Shown: positions 1 to 12,005 of the stretch, in pieces
Layout: each line of letters begins with the position of its first letter
Numbering within the stretch: position 1 is the first letter of the stretch
DNA from: Geosiphon pyriformis uo1
Lineage: Eukaryota; Fungi; Glomeromycota
Direction: 5' to 3'
DNA: 64,000 nucleotides
Assembly (NCBI GenBank): GCA_016748015.1
Contig: JAAOMT010000239.1
Span: 282,356-346,355 of the forward strand
Notes under the pieces: generated by a model
Told to the model about the DNA's origin: nothing
The model's database searches: none
Seen by the model: only the letters and a program-made list of their open reading frames with translations
Program-made: the position numbers and the translations under genes

Positions 1-86
1 TTTGCACATCTGACCCGAGTAAATTAATCAGGTTGCAGGTCGGCAATTTGAAAAAAATTATCCGACCCGACTTATTCGGAACACTA
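1..86. mobile_element. Right end of a hAT-like DNA transposon/MITE (continues beyond the window start)
   Basis: Ends in ATTCGGAACACTA (rc TAGTGTTCCGAAT), nearly the same terminus as the element at 26809-27823; subterminal GACCCGA/CCGAC motifs. Confidence 0.6.
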
Positions 87-199
87 CGTCAAAAGCGGCA
101 AAAGTTTGACTTTGCTGTAGATTCTATTTCATGCTGAGAACACGTGGCCATGATCTATCGGCACTTTTCAAATAAAGAAACGCACTAGCTTTGGTATAA

Positions 200-1370
200 T
201 TTTGAAAACTCAGCATAATTTTGGGTGCACGATACCATCGAGTTGCATTTCTATGCCGACAAGACCAAATACATCAAACAAATCGAGGACTCTAGATCAG
301 TTCTAATGTTCAAATACTTCGACGATATCAACGAGGCGCCGTATTTCTGATCGCTGTTTAGTTCCTCATCCTCGAGTGGAATTTTTCTATGATGGAAAAG
401 TATCTTTGTCGAATATACTTTATTGATTATTATATGCCTTATTGCGTTCGTCTGCTGCCAAAAAGGTCTTCAGATTTTAGAGAAATGAACCATAATCTCA
501 GAGACCACATCAATTTGTCGATTGAAAAGTTCAGTTTCTATTACGCCAATCTGCGAAGATCGGTTATTAATTCAGCTAATTGCATTGCTTCCCTTGAGAC
601 TTTTTCTTCGATTTGGAGTGTGTGGATAAAAAGTGATTCATTGATGATACAAAGAATATTCTCAGCTATTTTTTATGATAGTTAATAATCAGGTCTCCTA
701 GGTTTACGTCTGATTGATGAATACGATACAATCATCAATGATTATCTCGACCCCGCATTCAAAGATCCTTATGTACAGCTCCGTGAAAAGGAGAGTCTTT
801 ATAAAGCCATCTTTGCAATTTTGAAGGATCATTGCATCAAAGAAAAATGAGCGTGTTTTCATGACCGGTGAGTTCATGGATTTAATGTATTACACAACAA
901 TCAATGCGCTCAATAACACGTCATTATTTAATATGCATCTCGAAAGGGGTGTCGCAACTCGGTTAATGATCTCAAATTTCGATTCGACATTACCCTTGTA
1001 TCATGATTCGAGAACATGTGCGGACTCACTGAGGGGATATTCGAGACGCTCTCACGCAAATATTTGCAGAAAATGAGTTCATGATTAATGAAGAGCAGCA
1101 TCATACCTTAACGAGATTCGCGAGAATTACAGCGGGTTCAAACATCGGTGTATGCGGGATAATAGAGTTTATTGCATCAGCCTGTCTGGATTGTCTACAG
1201 CGTCGGTTAGATGGTGACCCAAATGGGTGTATCAAAGCTCCAATAATGAGTTGAAAAGGAGCGTGCTAAGGTTTATTTGGAGACATCCTGGCTCAAAATT
1301 GCTCGTCAGTGGGGTTGGATCGGTCGAGTAAGACCAGTTAAGATCGGATGGGACACTTTGTCAATGTGTA
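200..1370 (+). pseudogene. AAA-ATPase-like domain (PF09820-type, normally fused to a PD-(D/E)XK nuclease) pseudogene with spliceosomal introns
   Basis: Family motifs in order across frames: FYADKTKYIKQIE (~249-297), LRDHINLSIEKF, LIDEYD (~709-727), SLYKAIFAILK, RVFMTG|VSQL joined by a GTGAGT..AAAG intron at 868-946, MCGLTE (~1016-1033). Frameshifts and stops; no Walker A found. Confidence 0.75.
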
Positions 1371-3913
1371 CACGAATTACCCAGCGATAGTTATAATAGA
1401 CAACTTGGAAAATGACAACTTTGCCACAATTTTAACATGTGCCCGGTAATTTTTATAATGAACGGCCTTGATTTTTTTTACTTGTCCTTTTTAGGACCTG
1501 GCAATTTTCGGTATTCAGTTCTGCCAACGAATTATAATGTGCAATTTTTACTGGCGATATAATGGAAGATGACAAGGAATATAATAACCTTTCAGATAAC
1601 GGATGATCAGGTTAGGTCTTCAAAATAACAAAACAACCAAAATGACATTGACTCAGACCTTTCAAATGACAAAAATGACCAGATCAAAGCTAAAAACTCA
1701 ACTTCAAATATTCAAAATTCTCAAGATGTGTTATCAAGTTTATTTTATCATATTATGTTCTACTGGATCATGGTTATGGTCACAAACCAGAAACAAGTTA
1801 AATTTATTATAAATAACACTTTAACACTAATACATCAAATTATTCAAATAAATTTGTTTGTTAACAGTGTAAAAGCTGTTTTTGTGCCTATAATACAGAT
1901 AAATGTGTTATAAAATGAATGATATGTGATATACAGTCAATGAATATTTGATAAATAATTTTTTCTGCATTTAGTTATTTAACACATGATAAGAATTATT
2001 TTGTTTTTTTGGCCTTTAAAAGTGTTTGACTTAACAGATGAATAATAATTTTTATAAAGGTTATAAGCAAACCATCAAAAATTTGATTATTATTAAATTC
2101 AAGAATAAAATTATTTGCATTTAAAGTTCAAATGAAATAAAACAAGACAAAAAGTTTAATTTCAAATCTAAACTAAATATTTTTTATTAAAACGAATTGT
2201 AAATACAATCAATTGCATAAATTTTTTACAGAAGACAACTTAATAATAAAGTTTTCCAAAAAAAAAATGATGAATTTAAAAAAAAATATTAACAATATAT
2301 TGTTTAAAAATAATACTTTACTAGAAAATTTGTTTTTCAACTGATTTATTATTTTAATTGTTTAATTATTATATATATTAAATATTTAAATTACTTTATA
2401 AAATTGAAATTTTAAAAAATTAGTATATTTATTTAAAATTATTTATTTTATTATTTATTATATTTAGAAAACTTTGAATAAATTCAAATATGATTGGGAA
2501 TTTAAATGTATAATAATCGATTTTAATCGATTTTTTTTATTTTTTGCAGAATTTTCAAAAAGAAATAATTATTTTTCACTAATTTCAAAACACAATTTTA
2601 TTTATAAAAGCTAATTCTTTTATAAAAAAAAATATTTAGAACTTATAATAATTATTTTTAATTACTATAGTTATGTATTAGTTATTAATATCACATATTT
2701 TAGTTACACTCTTTTTAAAAATAGTTATTAACTTAATTATTGACTGGCTGCTAAACTTTTCATTTGATATATAAATAAAATTTTTCAAATCTGTAAACAA
2801 TATCAATTACAATTTAATTAATTATATTCTTTTTTATTATATTTTTTTATTTACGTTAACGAGTGTGACCTAACCATTACTTTTTACAGCAAAAAAAGCT
2901 CCAAAATAAGTATGGTTCATGCATTTTCGACACGTGATCACCCACCCGTTTATATCTTTAAATCAAAATAATTATAACTTAAAAATAAAAAACTGCTGAA
3001 AAATAATTATCAAATTATACTGTTAATTTAACATATTACAAATATAATTTTGCTTTTTTACTATAACATTTTTTTTATTGCTTTTGTTTAAGTTTTTCAA
3101 AGTTTTTATAGTTGAATTTTAATATTTTGTGCAATTTTTTTATGTATTTTTATTGTTGATATTTTTTCAAATTTAATTGTAAAAGAATTTTATTTTGTAA
3201 TTATATTTCTTTAAAAATATTCTAATCCAAAATGACAAAATAAAAATTTTCAACAATATTATAAAAAATATTTTATCTAAGTTACTATATATTTATTCAG
3301 CAGCCCTCAACCATGTTAAATATAATATATCGTGTTATTTTTTATGTATTTAGGTATGTAAATTGTTGTTTTGTCTGGATGAAAACAAGCATTCATTTGA
3401 GAAAGCTTTTTTGTTTAAATTGGTAATTTGTGATTATTAATCGAACTAATATAAAATTGTTGATTGCTTTTATTTTGAGTTCAAAATTATCTGTGCAAGT
3501 AATTTCAAAAACAGACTTTTCTTCCTCTTCAAAATTCAGATACTGCGAAGCTAATCTAAAAATAAAGATATGATTGAATTTAATGTGAAAATAACATTCA
3601 CCGATAAATATATATGAGCTTAGTTTTAAGAATTCAAAGAAAAAATTGCCTACTAATTGGCTTAACTTTGTAAGCTTATGTTTTATATGTTCAGCCAATT
3701 ACTACAACCCCATACACTTTTAAAGGTAAAACTCCTTTAATTATTGGCCTTTTAATTCCACGTATGACAAGTTAACAATGGTGTTAGCTTGGAACTCATC
3801 GAAATACCGAAATTTTCTCTAAATTCTGGATTTTTGAATATTCAAACAAGGATATTAAGAATTCAAGCCTTTGAAACAAACAAACATAATTTCCACGAAC
3901 CTCGAAAGTGTGT

Positions 3914-5287
3914 TCAGAAACCACGTTCCAGAAGAAATTCGTCTATTTGCTCTAGCTTAGATTTTAGTTCATTCTTATTCATCTTAAACGTTCTTCCCCA
4001 TTTGGCTTTCACTTGCGAGACCTCTCGAGTTGCAACAATTGCAGTGATTTCTTTCCAATGACCAGATGCGCCATATTTGCGCACACCTTGAAGTAATCGA
4101 TCTTCTTCCTCCTTTTTCCAGAACGTTTGTCGATACATATTTTTTTGAGGAGCAGTTTTTTTTGGCTGTATTTTGGCCCACTGCTCACTTAAATCCCCTT
4201 GATTTTTTTTTGAATCAAAGTATTGAGAAGATGCAAGAGCCCAACTTTCATCATTCTTTTCGACGGTTTTTTTCAAATTTTCTTCTACGGGTTTCCATCG
4301 TCTATTATATACTGGAGTTGAAGATTTCTGAGATGCCATCTCCAGTGGTTGCGGTAAAAATATATTACTTTCAGGTAACACCGATTGGATTTGTGTTAAT
4401 GACCCAGAAGCTTGGGGAATTTATTTGTTTTTAATAAAATAATTTTCGAATGAGCCACCACATTCAGAGTCGATCTAAAGATACCTACCCAAGTTATTTT
4501 GTAATCCCAGACGTAATTTCAACAACTTTTGTTTTGTGATAAGGTTCCTCATTTCTAGTAAATTCCAGCTGGAAAACGGGGCGCTCATAGGTTCATCTTT
4601 ATTGAACATCTTCACAGAATTTAGATCAATATAACCAGGATGACTGTTTTTTGTTAAAGAATCACTATCAACAAAGGCACTTCTTGAGAGATCCTTTGAG
4701 TCAAAATCGTTTATATAAGGCTGCTGGCTGGGAGATTCTATTTTGTTGGCTTCGTTTTGATTAAATATAGTTTCTTGGGAATTGTTTTCTTTACAGTTAG
4801 CTTGAGTAGATTTTATTTCTGCGTAGTTATCATGTATAGGATCAATATCAATGCTTTCGTTCCTCACAGAGTTTTTTGCCTCCAGCTCTATATTTGGGTT
4901 TATAGGCAACGTTGATATAGGGTTTTCTGGTTGATTTTCCTCTCCATTATGTGACAAGGGATTGTAATTTTTATTCGCAGGTGCGTTAAAATCTGATGAG
5001 GTTGGGGTGAGCTTCTGTTGAGCAGATTCCTCATGTTCAAAATCCAAGTTTCTCGGGATATTTTGTTCCTGATTAAAATCTGGGGATGGTATTTCGAAGG
5101 ACTTTTCTCGAGGATGATATATATACCTGGATAAGCGCTCTCTATCATTTTTTCGGACTGAAATTAAAACTTCAAGAAAAATTTCACGCTGTTCCTGTGC
5201 AGTTTTGACATATTGAGATGAAAATTTTTGTTGGTTTTTTCGATTGGCTATTTTTCCTTGTTTCCTCAAGCTGGTACTTTTCTTCAT
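3914..5287 (-). CDS. Protein with a single C-terminal Myb/SANT (telobox-like) domain, ~431 aa, 2 coding exons (5287-4489, 4410-3914)
   Basis: GT-AG intron 4488-4411 joins the two ORFs in frame; C-terminal FWKKEEEDRLLQGVRKYGASGHWKEITAIVATREVSQVKAKWGR; long low-complexity N-terminal half; a further likely intron ~5303-5365 upstream of the ATG. Confidence 0.8.
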
Positions 5288-7417
5288 TATGCTGAACGGC
5301 AGCTAGATAATATAGAAAATTGAAAAATGATGTCATCAAAGGTTCTTCTAACTAAAAATGCATACCTAAAAGTACACTCAAGGTTGTATGGTTAAATTTA
5401 AAAAAACTCAACTATTTATAATCATTAGTTACGAAAATTTGATCACATGATGTTGGCCTATTGCACAAACAATGAAGAGCGTCATGATCACATCATATAC
5501 ATTTATGGGATATTTTTTCTTCATGTGATCATGCTTCTTTTGGTTACGAGTAAATATAAATCCATATATATTTTGGTATGTGGATTTTAACAAAACCAAC
5601 AAAAATAAATTTATTTACAAAAATCAAATATGTTATGATCATAACTGCAAATAATAATAAAAATAATACTGTAATAATTTGCAAAAATATGAACAAGTAT
5701 TACACTGTTTACAGATTAAAAGCTAAAATTTAAATGAATAATAAGTTTTGAAAAACATGTAAATTTAAGATATTATTATATATTATTTATTTATATTATA
5801 ATTTATAATGTTTTAACATAATTATATATATATATATAAATTATTTTTTATTAAAATTTTTTTAATTTGATTAGAATTAATTGTTATTTTTATTTCATTT
5901 ATTTTAAAATAAAAACTTTTCATTTGTAATAGTTTAATTAAATTGTTTTTTATTATTTAATTAAGATTTTAATTTTTTTAATATAAAAAAATCATAAATA
6001 AAATTATAATATATGTTCAAAAATTTTTAATTAATCAGTTACATATTACTTAATATTTTTTTTGTTGAAGTATAAATTTATTATATTTTTTAAAATCCGA
6101 CTGCAATCAAAATCCAAAAATAAACAACATTCTGAATTAAATAATGTATTTTATCAATTTTAAAAGTAGATGCAAGTTTTTTTTGAAACAATTATTATTG
6201 AAAAGCTTATTTATTTTTGTATAAGACCATATTTATATATTTCTTTTTTTATATTAAAAAATTATATTTTAATTAGCATTTTTCATAGCAAATATTTAAT
6301 TTACAAATAGTTAAACAAAATTTTATTTTGTAATTATTTATATTATTATTATTATTATTACAAAATAATATTTTATAAAAAATTAATTTAAAATAAAAAC
6401 CAAACTTTTTGGTTTTTTTGAACTATAAGCAAATTACCAATATATAAAAATCCATTTTTAAATTTAAATATTTTATTACAACCTGTTTTTTAAATTAGAA
6501 AAATTAACCAAAAAGCTTAAATTTTTTTTAGTAAACTTAGAATATAATAGAAGCTGAAATTCTTTAATTTTTTTCCTTCACCTCTTCCCCCTTATTTTTC
6601 CTAGTTTTGATTGGCTCGGATGACTGTCACACATCAAAAAGCTTCTACTATGTGATATTTCTTGTAGATCACACTTTTGTGAAAGCATCAAAATAAAGCA
6701 TTTTTTTATTAAATTTTTATTTATGAACAAACACTTTAAATAAGACTATATTTAATTTTTATTTTTATTATTTCTGTTAAAAATTTCATAGCATCCAATT
6801 ATTTTATTATACTTACTAGACAATTTGAAAGGAGTTCTTTTTGTTTTCAAAAGCTTCAATAAATTGAAATTAAGCCTGATAATGAGAAATTTTTATTTCA
6901 AGTATTTCATTTTATTTTTTCAAAGTAAATCGGACGAAATTAACTCTTTTTCCTTGTCATTTGAAACTAGATAAGCTTATCGCTTTAAAAACTACGGTTG
7001 GCTCATGCGTAAAGGTCCATTTCTTCACATAATTAAGCCCAGAGACGCTGTAATTTCATTTCCATTGGAGACACTTGTTGAATCTTTTTCAATGAATAAC
7101 GCACATCGAATATTCAAAATTTTAGGATTTTCGCGAAATACTATAAACTAAAATGGGAAAAATCATTTGTCCAGGTGTATATATTTAAAATATTGAGATA
7201 GGAAACTGGTGAACAGTTAAAAATAAGTAAAAAGATTATGCAAATAATTTATTATTAAGAAACTTCGAAAAGGGATTGCCACATTGATTTATCCGAAAAT
7301 TTTCTTATCATGCCTACCCATGAAACAAATTATAATTTATAAATGGATTATACAATTTAAGCTGTAAGAACATTTAAAAACTCTAGATGAGAAATATTTA
7401 AACATCTAATTTTAAAA

Positions 7418-8840
7418 ATGTGGAAGAACCTGGGCTCATTTCACCACTTATTATTAGTGTGTTCAATTCCACTGTTATTCGCTTTATTGGGCATTTTTTT
7501 GGTTGTTTCAAATCAGAATTTTTTTCAAAGTTGTGTGAAATCTTTGCGGTTCGAGCTAGATAACTTTAAAAATAGGAATATCTCTAAAATAGAGCGCGAA
7601 TTCTGGATACAGCTGAAAGATACTGGTAAACTTAAAAAGATGTCAAATTTTTTAAATACTGGGCCCTTGAAACTTTTCAATCAAATATTCTCTCTAAAGG
7701 TCAAAGCATTCAATCAAAGCAACAATACCCTATCAAAACTTCTATTTATAAACGGGATATGAAAAATAAAATATTAATACCACCTAATGACCCAATAATT
7801 CAGAAACTAAAAACAGCTGCAATATATGCTGCAATGGACAGAAAAGCTCAAGGTGCGAGGGTTTGAGCTTTAAGTCTTTATTATTCAGAATATTTAATTT
7901 ATTAAAATTTTAATGTATATCGCCGCTGAAAGATATGGCTACATTTCATAAAAACAGCGATATACTTTTTTTAGGATTCAGTGGAAAAGGAACAGTAGGA
8001 GCTTGGTTTATTGCACACAGCACAGTAATTGGTGCAAAGAGCAGATTAATTAAATATCGACAAGGTATCAATAATGAGAAAGTTGATCCAACTATTTTTC
8101 AGCCTTTTCTGCAGAGGCGAAGAGAGATTATCGCTCGTATCGAAAGAACTTTAAGGAGCGACCAAACAATCAAGAAAATCGTATTCACTGGACATTTTTT
8201 TGCGGGTGGTATGTTGTGAATATTGCCAAGGAGAAAATTATCTTTTACTCATGCAGCCTTGAATTTTATAATTTTCTTCAAAAATTGATTCTAAGATACT
8301 TCCTCTTTCAATTTATTAGCCTTGGCAGTTCTTTTCGCACTCGATATAAAAAATGCCCTAGAAGAAGCAGGTATCTCCTTAAAGTATGACATCGAAGCTA
8401 TAACATTTGCCTCACCAAGAATTGGCAACCTTCAGTTTGCTCAATATGTAAACTTGGAATTAAGAGATAAAACTTTTCGTGTCACGCATGGTGATAGTCT
8501 TTATCCTGAAATTTTTAAAACTACTGATACTTTTCATCATGAACGAGAGTATTGGATTAATGATCAAGAATCTTGTCTTTGCGCTGCTGAGGGGGAGAAT
8601 AATTTATTACCAAAAGTTTATGAGTGTTTCGGAGTTGTGAATCCAAATGGAATTTATATTGGGGAGTCAGAGGTATGTATACAAATTATATCCCTTGAAG
8701 CTAATAGGATATTCAAACTTTTATAATCAATTTTTTTTTCAAACAATTAGGATTGTAATAAAAGAGCATTTAAAGAATCCTCGCAAAAACTCCAAACTCA
8801 TGAAGAAATTGAGCGAAATTATTTTGGTCACTGGATGTAG
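7418..8840 (+). CDS. Class 3 lipase-family (alpha/beta hydrolase) protein, 5 exons, N-terminal hydrophobic segment, probably catalytically inactive
   Basis: Introns ~7626-7699, ~7853-7932, ~8209-8319, ~8673-8750 give an open frame; motifs ILFLGFSG, IVFTGHFFAGALAVLFA, AITFASPRIGN, RVTHGD, HHEREYWI, CN...YFG. Confidence 0.8.
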
Positions 8841-9762
8841 CTTAAATTAGAACTGATATAATGAGAGCAGGTTAAACTTTTTAATTTTATTGGGAAGCGG
8901 TAGTTCATTACATTAGAATTTTTTGTATCCTATAATAATTTGAGAACCCAAAAGCAATAAAGATTAGATTTAATAGAAAATCTTTTGGTAATAAAGTTAA
9001 TAATCAATAATAGCAAGTGCCATCTATCAACCTAAATCATGTGAAGCTATTACCGGTAAAAAAATTACTTTATATATAAAGAGATAAACCCTGAAGAAGA
9101 TAAAGAATTGCAAACGGCTGTTTAATTTGTGTCAAAATTTATTAGAAAGTCATTAGAAATATTAGTCTAGACTCGAGCAATCGAAAATACGGTAAAAATT
9201 GTGATAAAAGTTTCAGAGGTTGTTAGAAGGGAATCCCTAAAATGCTATAATATGAGTTGGGAAGGATAAGATAAACTTTATAAACATTTGAAAAACATAA
9301 CCTTTTTTTAGTATTGCAGATAATAACAGCAATGTTGAAATTATTTTTTGTTAAGATATTTAATTTTTGAAAAATTCAATTGCTAAATTTATAATTTATT
9401 TATTTTCAAATCTCTTTGAAAATCAATAGTTAAGCAATTAATCCGTGGATTTTTGCCGAACAGTATATCATTTAGCCGCTGAAAGTCGCGCGAGGTCAAA
9501 AATGCCCTAGTTTTTGGAGAAAATATTCGCAACCGAAAAGGTATTTTTGCTTAATAACTTTGCTAAACACAAGTTTCCCGTTTATTTCGGGTTTTGGATT
9601 TTACGTTATGGTTGTGGCTCGGAATCTTCCGTAGCTACTCGGAATTACATAATAATCAGCTCATATTGCCTAAAGATCGACCTTATAACCTTTTAATTAA
9701 TTAAATACAAGCTGCTGCGTGTGAGTAAGGTGTTTCGTTACTTTGTGATCTATTATGTTAAA

Positions 9763-10640
9763 ATGATGGTTAATTCGGAATCTAATAAAGCGACATGCTT
9801 CACACTTTGCGTATGGTCGAGTTTAAGGAACTTAAGATTGGATATAATTAACAAGCAGGTATCCTGTTGCAAATTTTACTAGGTATCTAAGTTCAAGAAA
9901 AAAATTTTAATCACATTGATTTAATACTGTTACATGGACAACCAAAGCCCTCACTGATGATGGGTGTAGAAAATAATAGTAAAACCTCATGCCTCAAAAG
10001 TTTTTCAAGGTGGACTCTGGAAGAAAAAAAAACAATGATTGAAGCACACAAAATGTATGGCAAAAACTGGAAACTAATTTCGGCGATATACTTGCCATCA
10101 CGAACCCCAATGGCTCTATCGAAACAATGGCACCATCTGGAATCTGGGGGAACAGTTGATAACAAAGATTCTCATAAATGGACACCAAAAGAAGATATAA
10201 AGCTGGAATTAGCAGCTAAAAAATATTTCACCAGTCGTGGAATCAACTGGGTAGCTATAAAATTAACAGGCTGTTTCCCAAAAAGAAGTGCTAGAGATTT
10301 ATGCGATCGATATCACAGAGTTTTAGCTAGATCAAAGAGGAAATTTTTTTTTGAATATAGTACACGAATATGGTACAAATTGGTCAAAAATAATTTATTT
10401 TTTCAATCATACACGAAACCGTTACATCCGTCACTTGATCCCCCAGGTTCATCAAAACGGGATCCTTGGAAGTCTGAATAATTACAAATAATGGTCAATG
10501 CTTTTTTAAATTTTGGTGGGGATTGAGTTGAAATTCAGAAACTGTTTCCCGCACGACTTTGACAAAATAAAAAATACATGCCGTTATTCACGGAAAATTC
10601 AAGGCTGGCCGATGGAATTCTATTGAAATTCATGTCTAAA
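9763..10640 (+). pseudogene. Multi-repeat Myb transcription factor pseudogene, paralog of 40180-40967
   Basis: Two intact Myb repeats (RWTLEEKKTMIEAHKMYGKNW; KWTPKEDIKL), then a deletion/frameshift (EYGTNWSKI in another frame) and stops in later repeats; first exon 9763-~9858 resembles the first exon of the paralog. Confidence 0.7.
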
Positions 10641-12005
10641 ATCAAACACTAAATCGATATGGAATAAAGTTTCAATGGAAGTACTCGCGAGAAATTTATA
10701 AAAATGTTCCGATAGAATGTGGAGAAATTCAAGGATCCATTACCAAAGATAAGGTAAAAATTGATTTTTAAAAAAGTAAATTTAAAAGGATTAGAATTTA
10801 TCCTGAAAATTAAAGAACTTTTTGGGAAACTAATTTTTAAGTAATTTATCGAATGTTTGAGCAGTATTTCTTGTTTGAATTCCGAATAGTTAAATTTCAC
10901 AAAATCTTTCATTTGAACATGAACACTCCCTTGACGATAGTAATGATAAAAGTCTAATAAATCAAAAATTTTAAGGAAATATATATATATTATAAACCAA
11001 AAATGATTCATATTAAAGTTGAATTTTATATATATATATATAGTTGAATAAAATAATAAAAATTTTAGCCGCAATTTTTTGAACATTAATCTTTAAATTA
11101 TTCATTCAAAACACTTTGCTAAAATATCTTTACATAAACAAATTCATTAATAAAAGCAGGATCTAAAAATTTTTTAACAAGACATACATGAAATATCCAC
11201 TTATCTAATTTTTAATTTATTGTTTGACATTTTAAAATTAGTTTTCTAATCTAAAATGAAAACTTCTTACAAAATTATATATTTCAAATTGAACTGAATC
11301 CAAATTTATCTAGACACTATTTGTGTTAACAAAAGATATTTCATATAACTCTTTTTTGAAACTCTATTTTCTTTTTACTTTCATGCTTATCACGCCAAGT
11401 TAAAAGAGTCTTACTACAGAAATCAAACTTCCCTTTTCCTCCAAATTTTATTCAGCAAAAATATTTTTTGTAGAAATAAATATCGCATTTTGAGGCCTTG
11501 AGTTGTGATGGGAGTCCAATTTATCTTCATAAATTGATTTAAGAATAATGGTCCCAAGACTTTATATGGCGTTTTGGCTACTTAAGGTTCAGCCTCCAAA
11601 TAGATTACATAAAATTCAGCCATTTTTAACACTATTGAAGTGCTTATTGGTATTTTCAAATTTGATTACTTTAAAATAATATGTCGGAATTCTTCACCCC
11701 TTTAAACCCTATTGTTTTTTCAACTAGAAAAACTTGGTAGATTCTAAATTTATTTTCCCTTAGTGGCAAAAAGATTTTTTGTTAATTTCTTATCTCTTTG
11801 TACCCTGAGAATTGATTTCTTTCACTTTTGACCTAGACATATTCATTTAAGCCTTTAAATGTTTGACCGGTTAGAAATTTCGATGCCATTTACCAAGATA
11901 TAAAATTTACCTTTGTCTTTATATGATTAGTTTTTCAATTTCCGAGATACCTCGAGAAAATTTGAATTAAAAAAAAAAACATTTTTTAAATTACTTCCAA
12001 TATTC

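Noticed and set aside
1379-2300. CpG-poor coding-like stretch, possibly a decayed DNA transposon
   Set aside because: No diagnostic motif or matching terminus found
3393-3698. 101-aa minus-strand ORF
   Set aside because: No recognisable motif, non-ATG start, AT-rich
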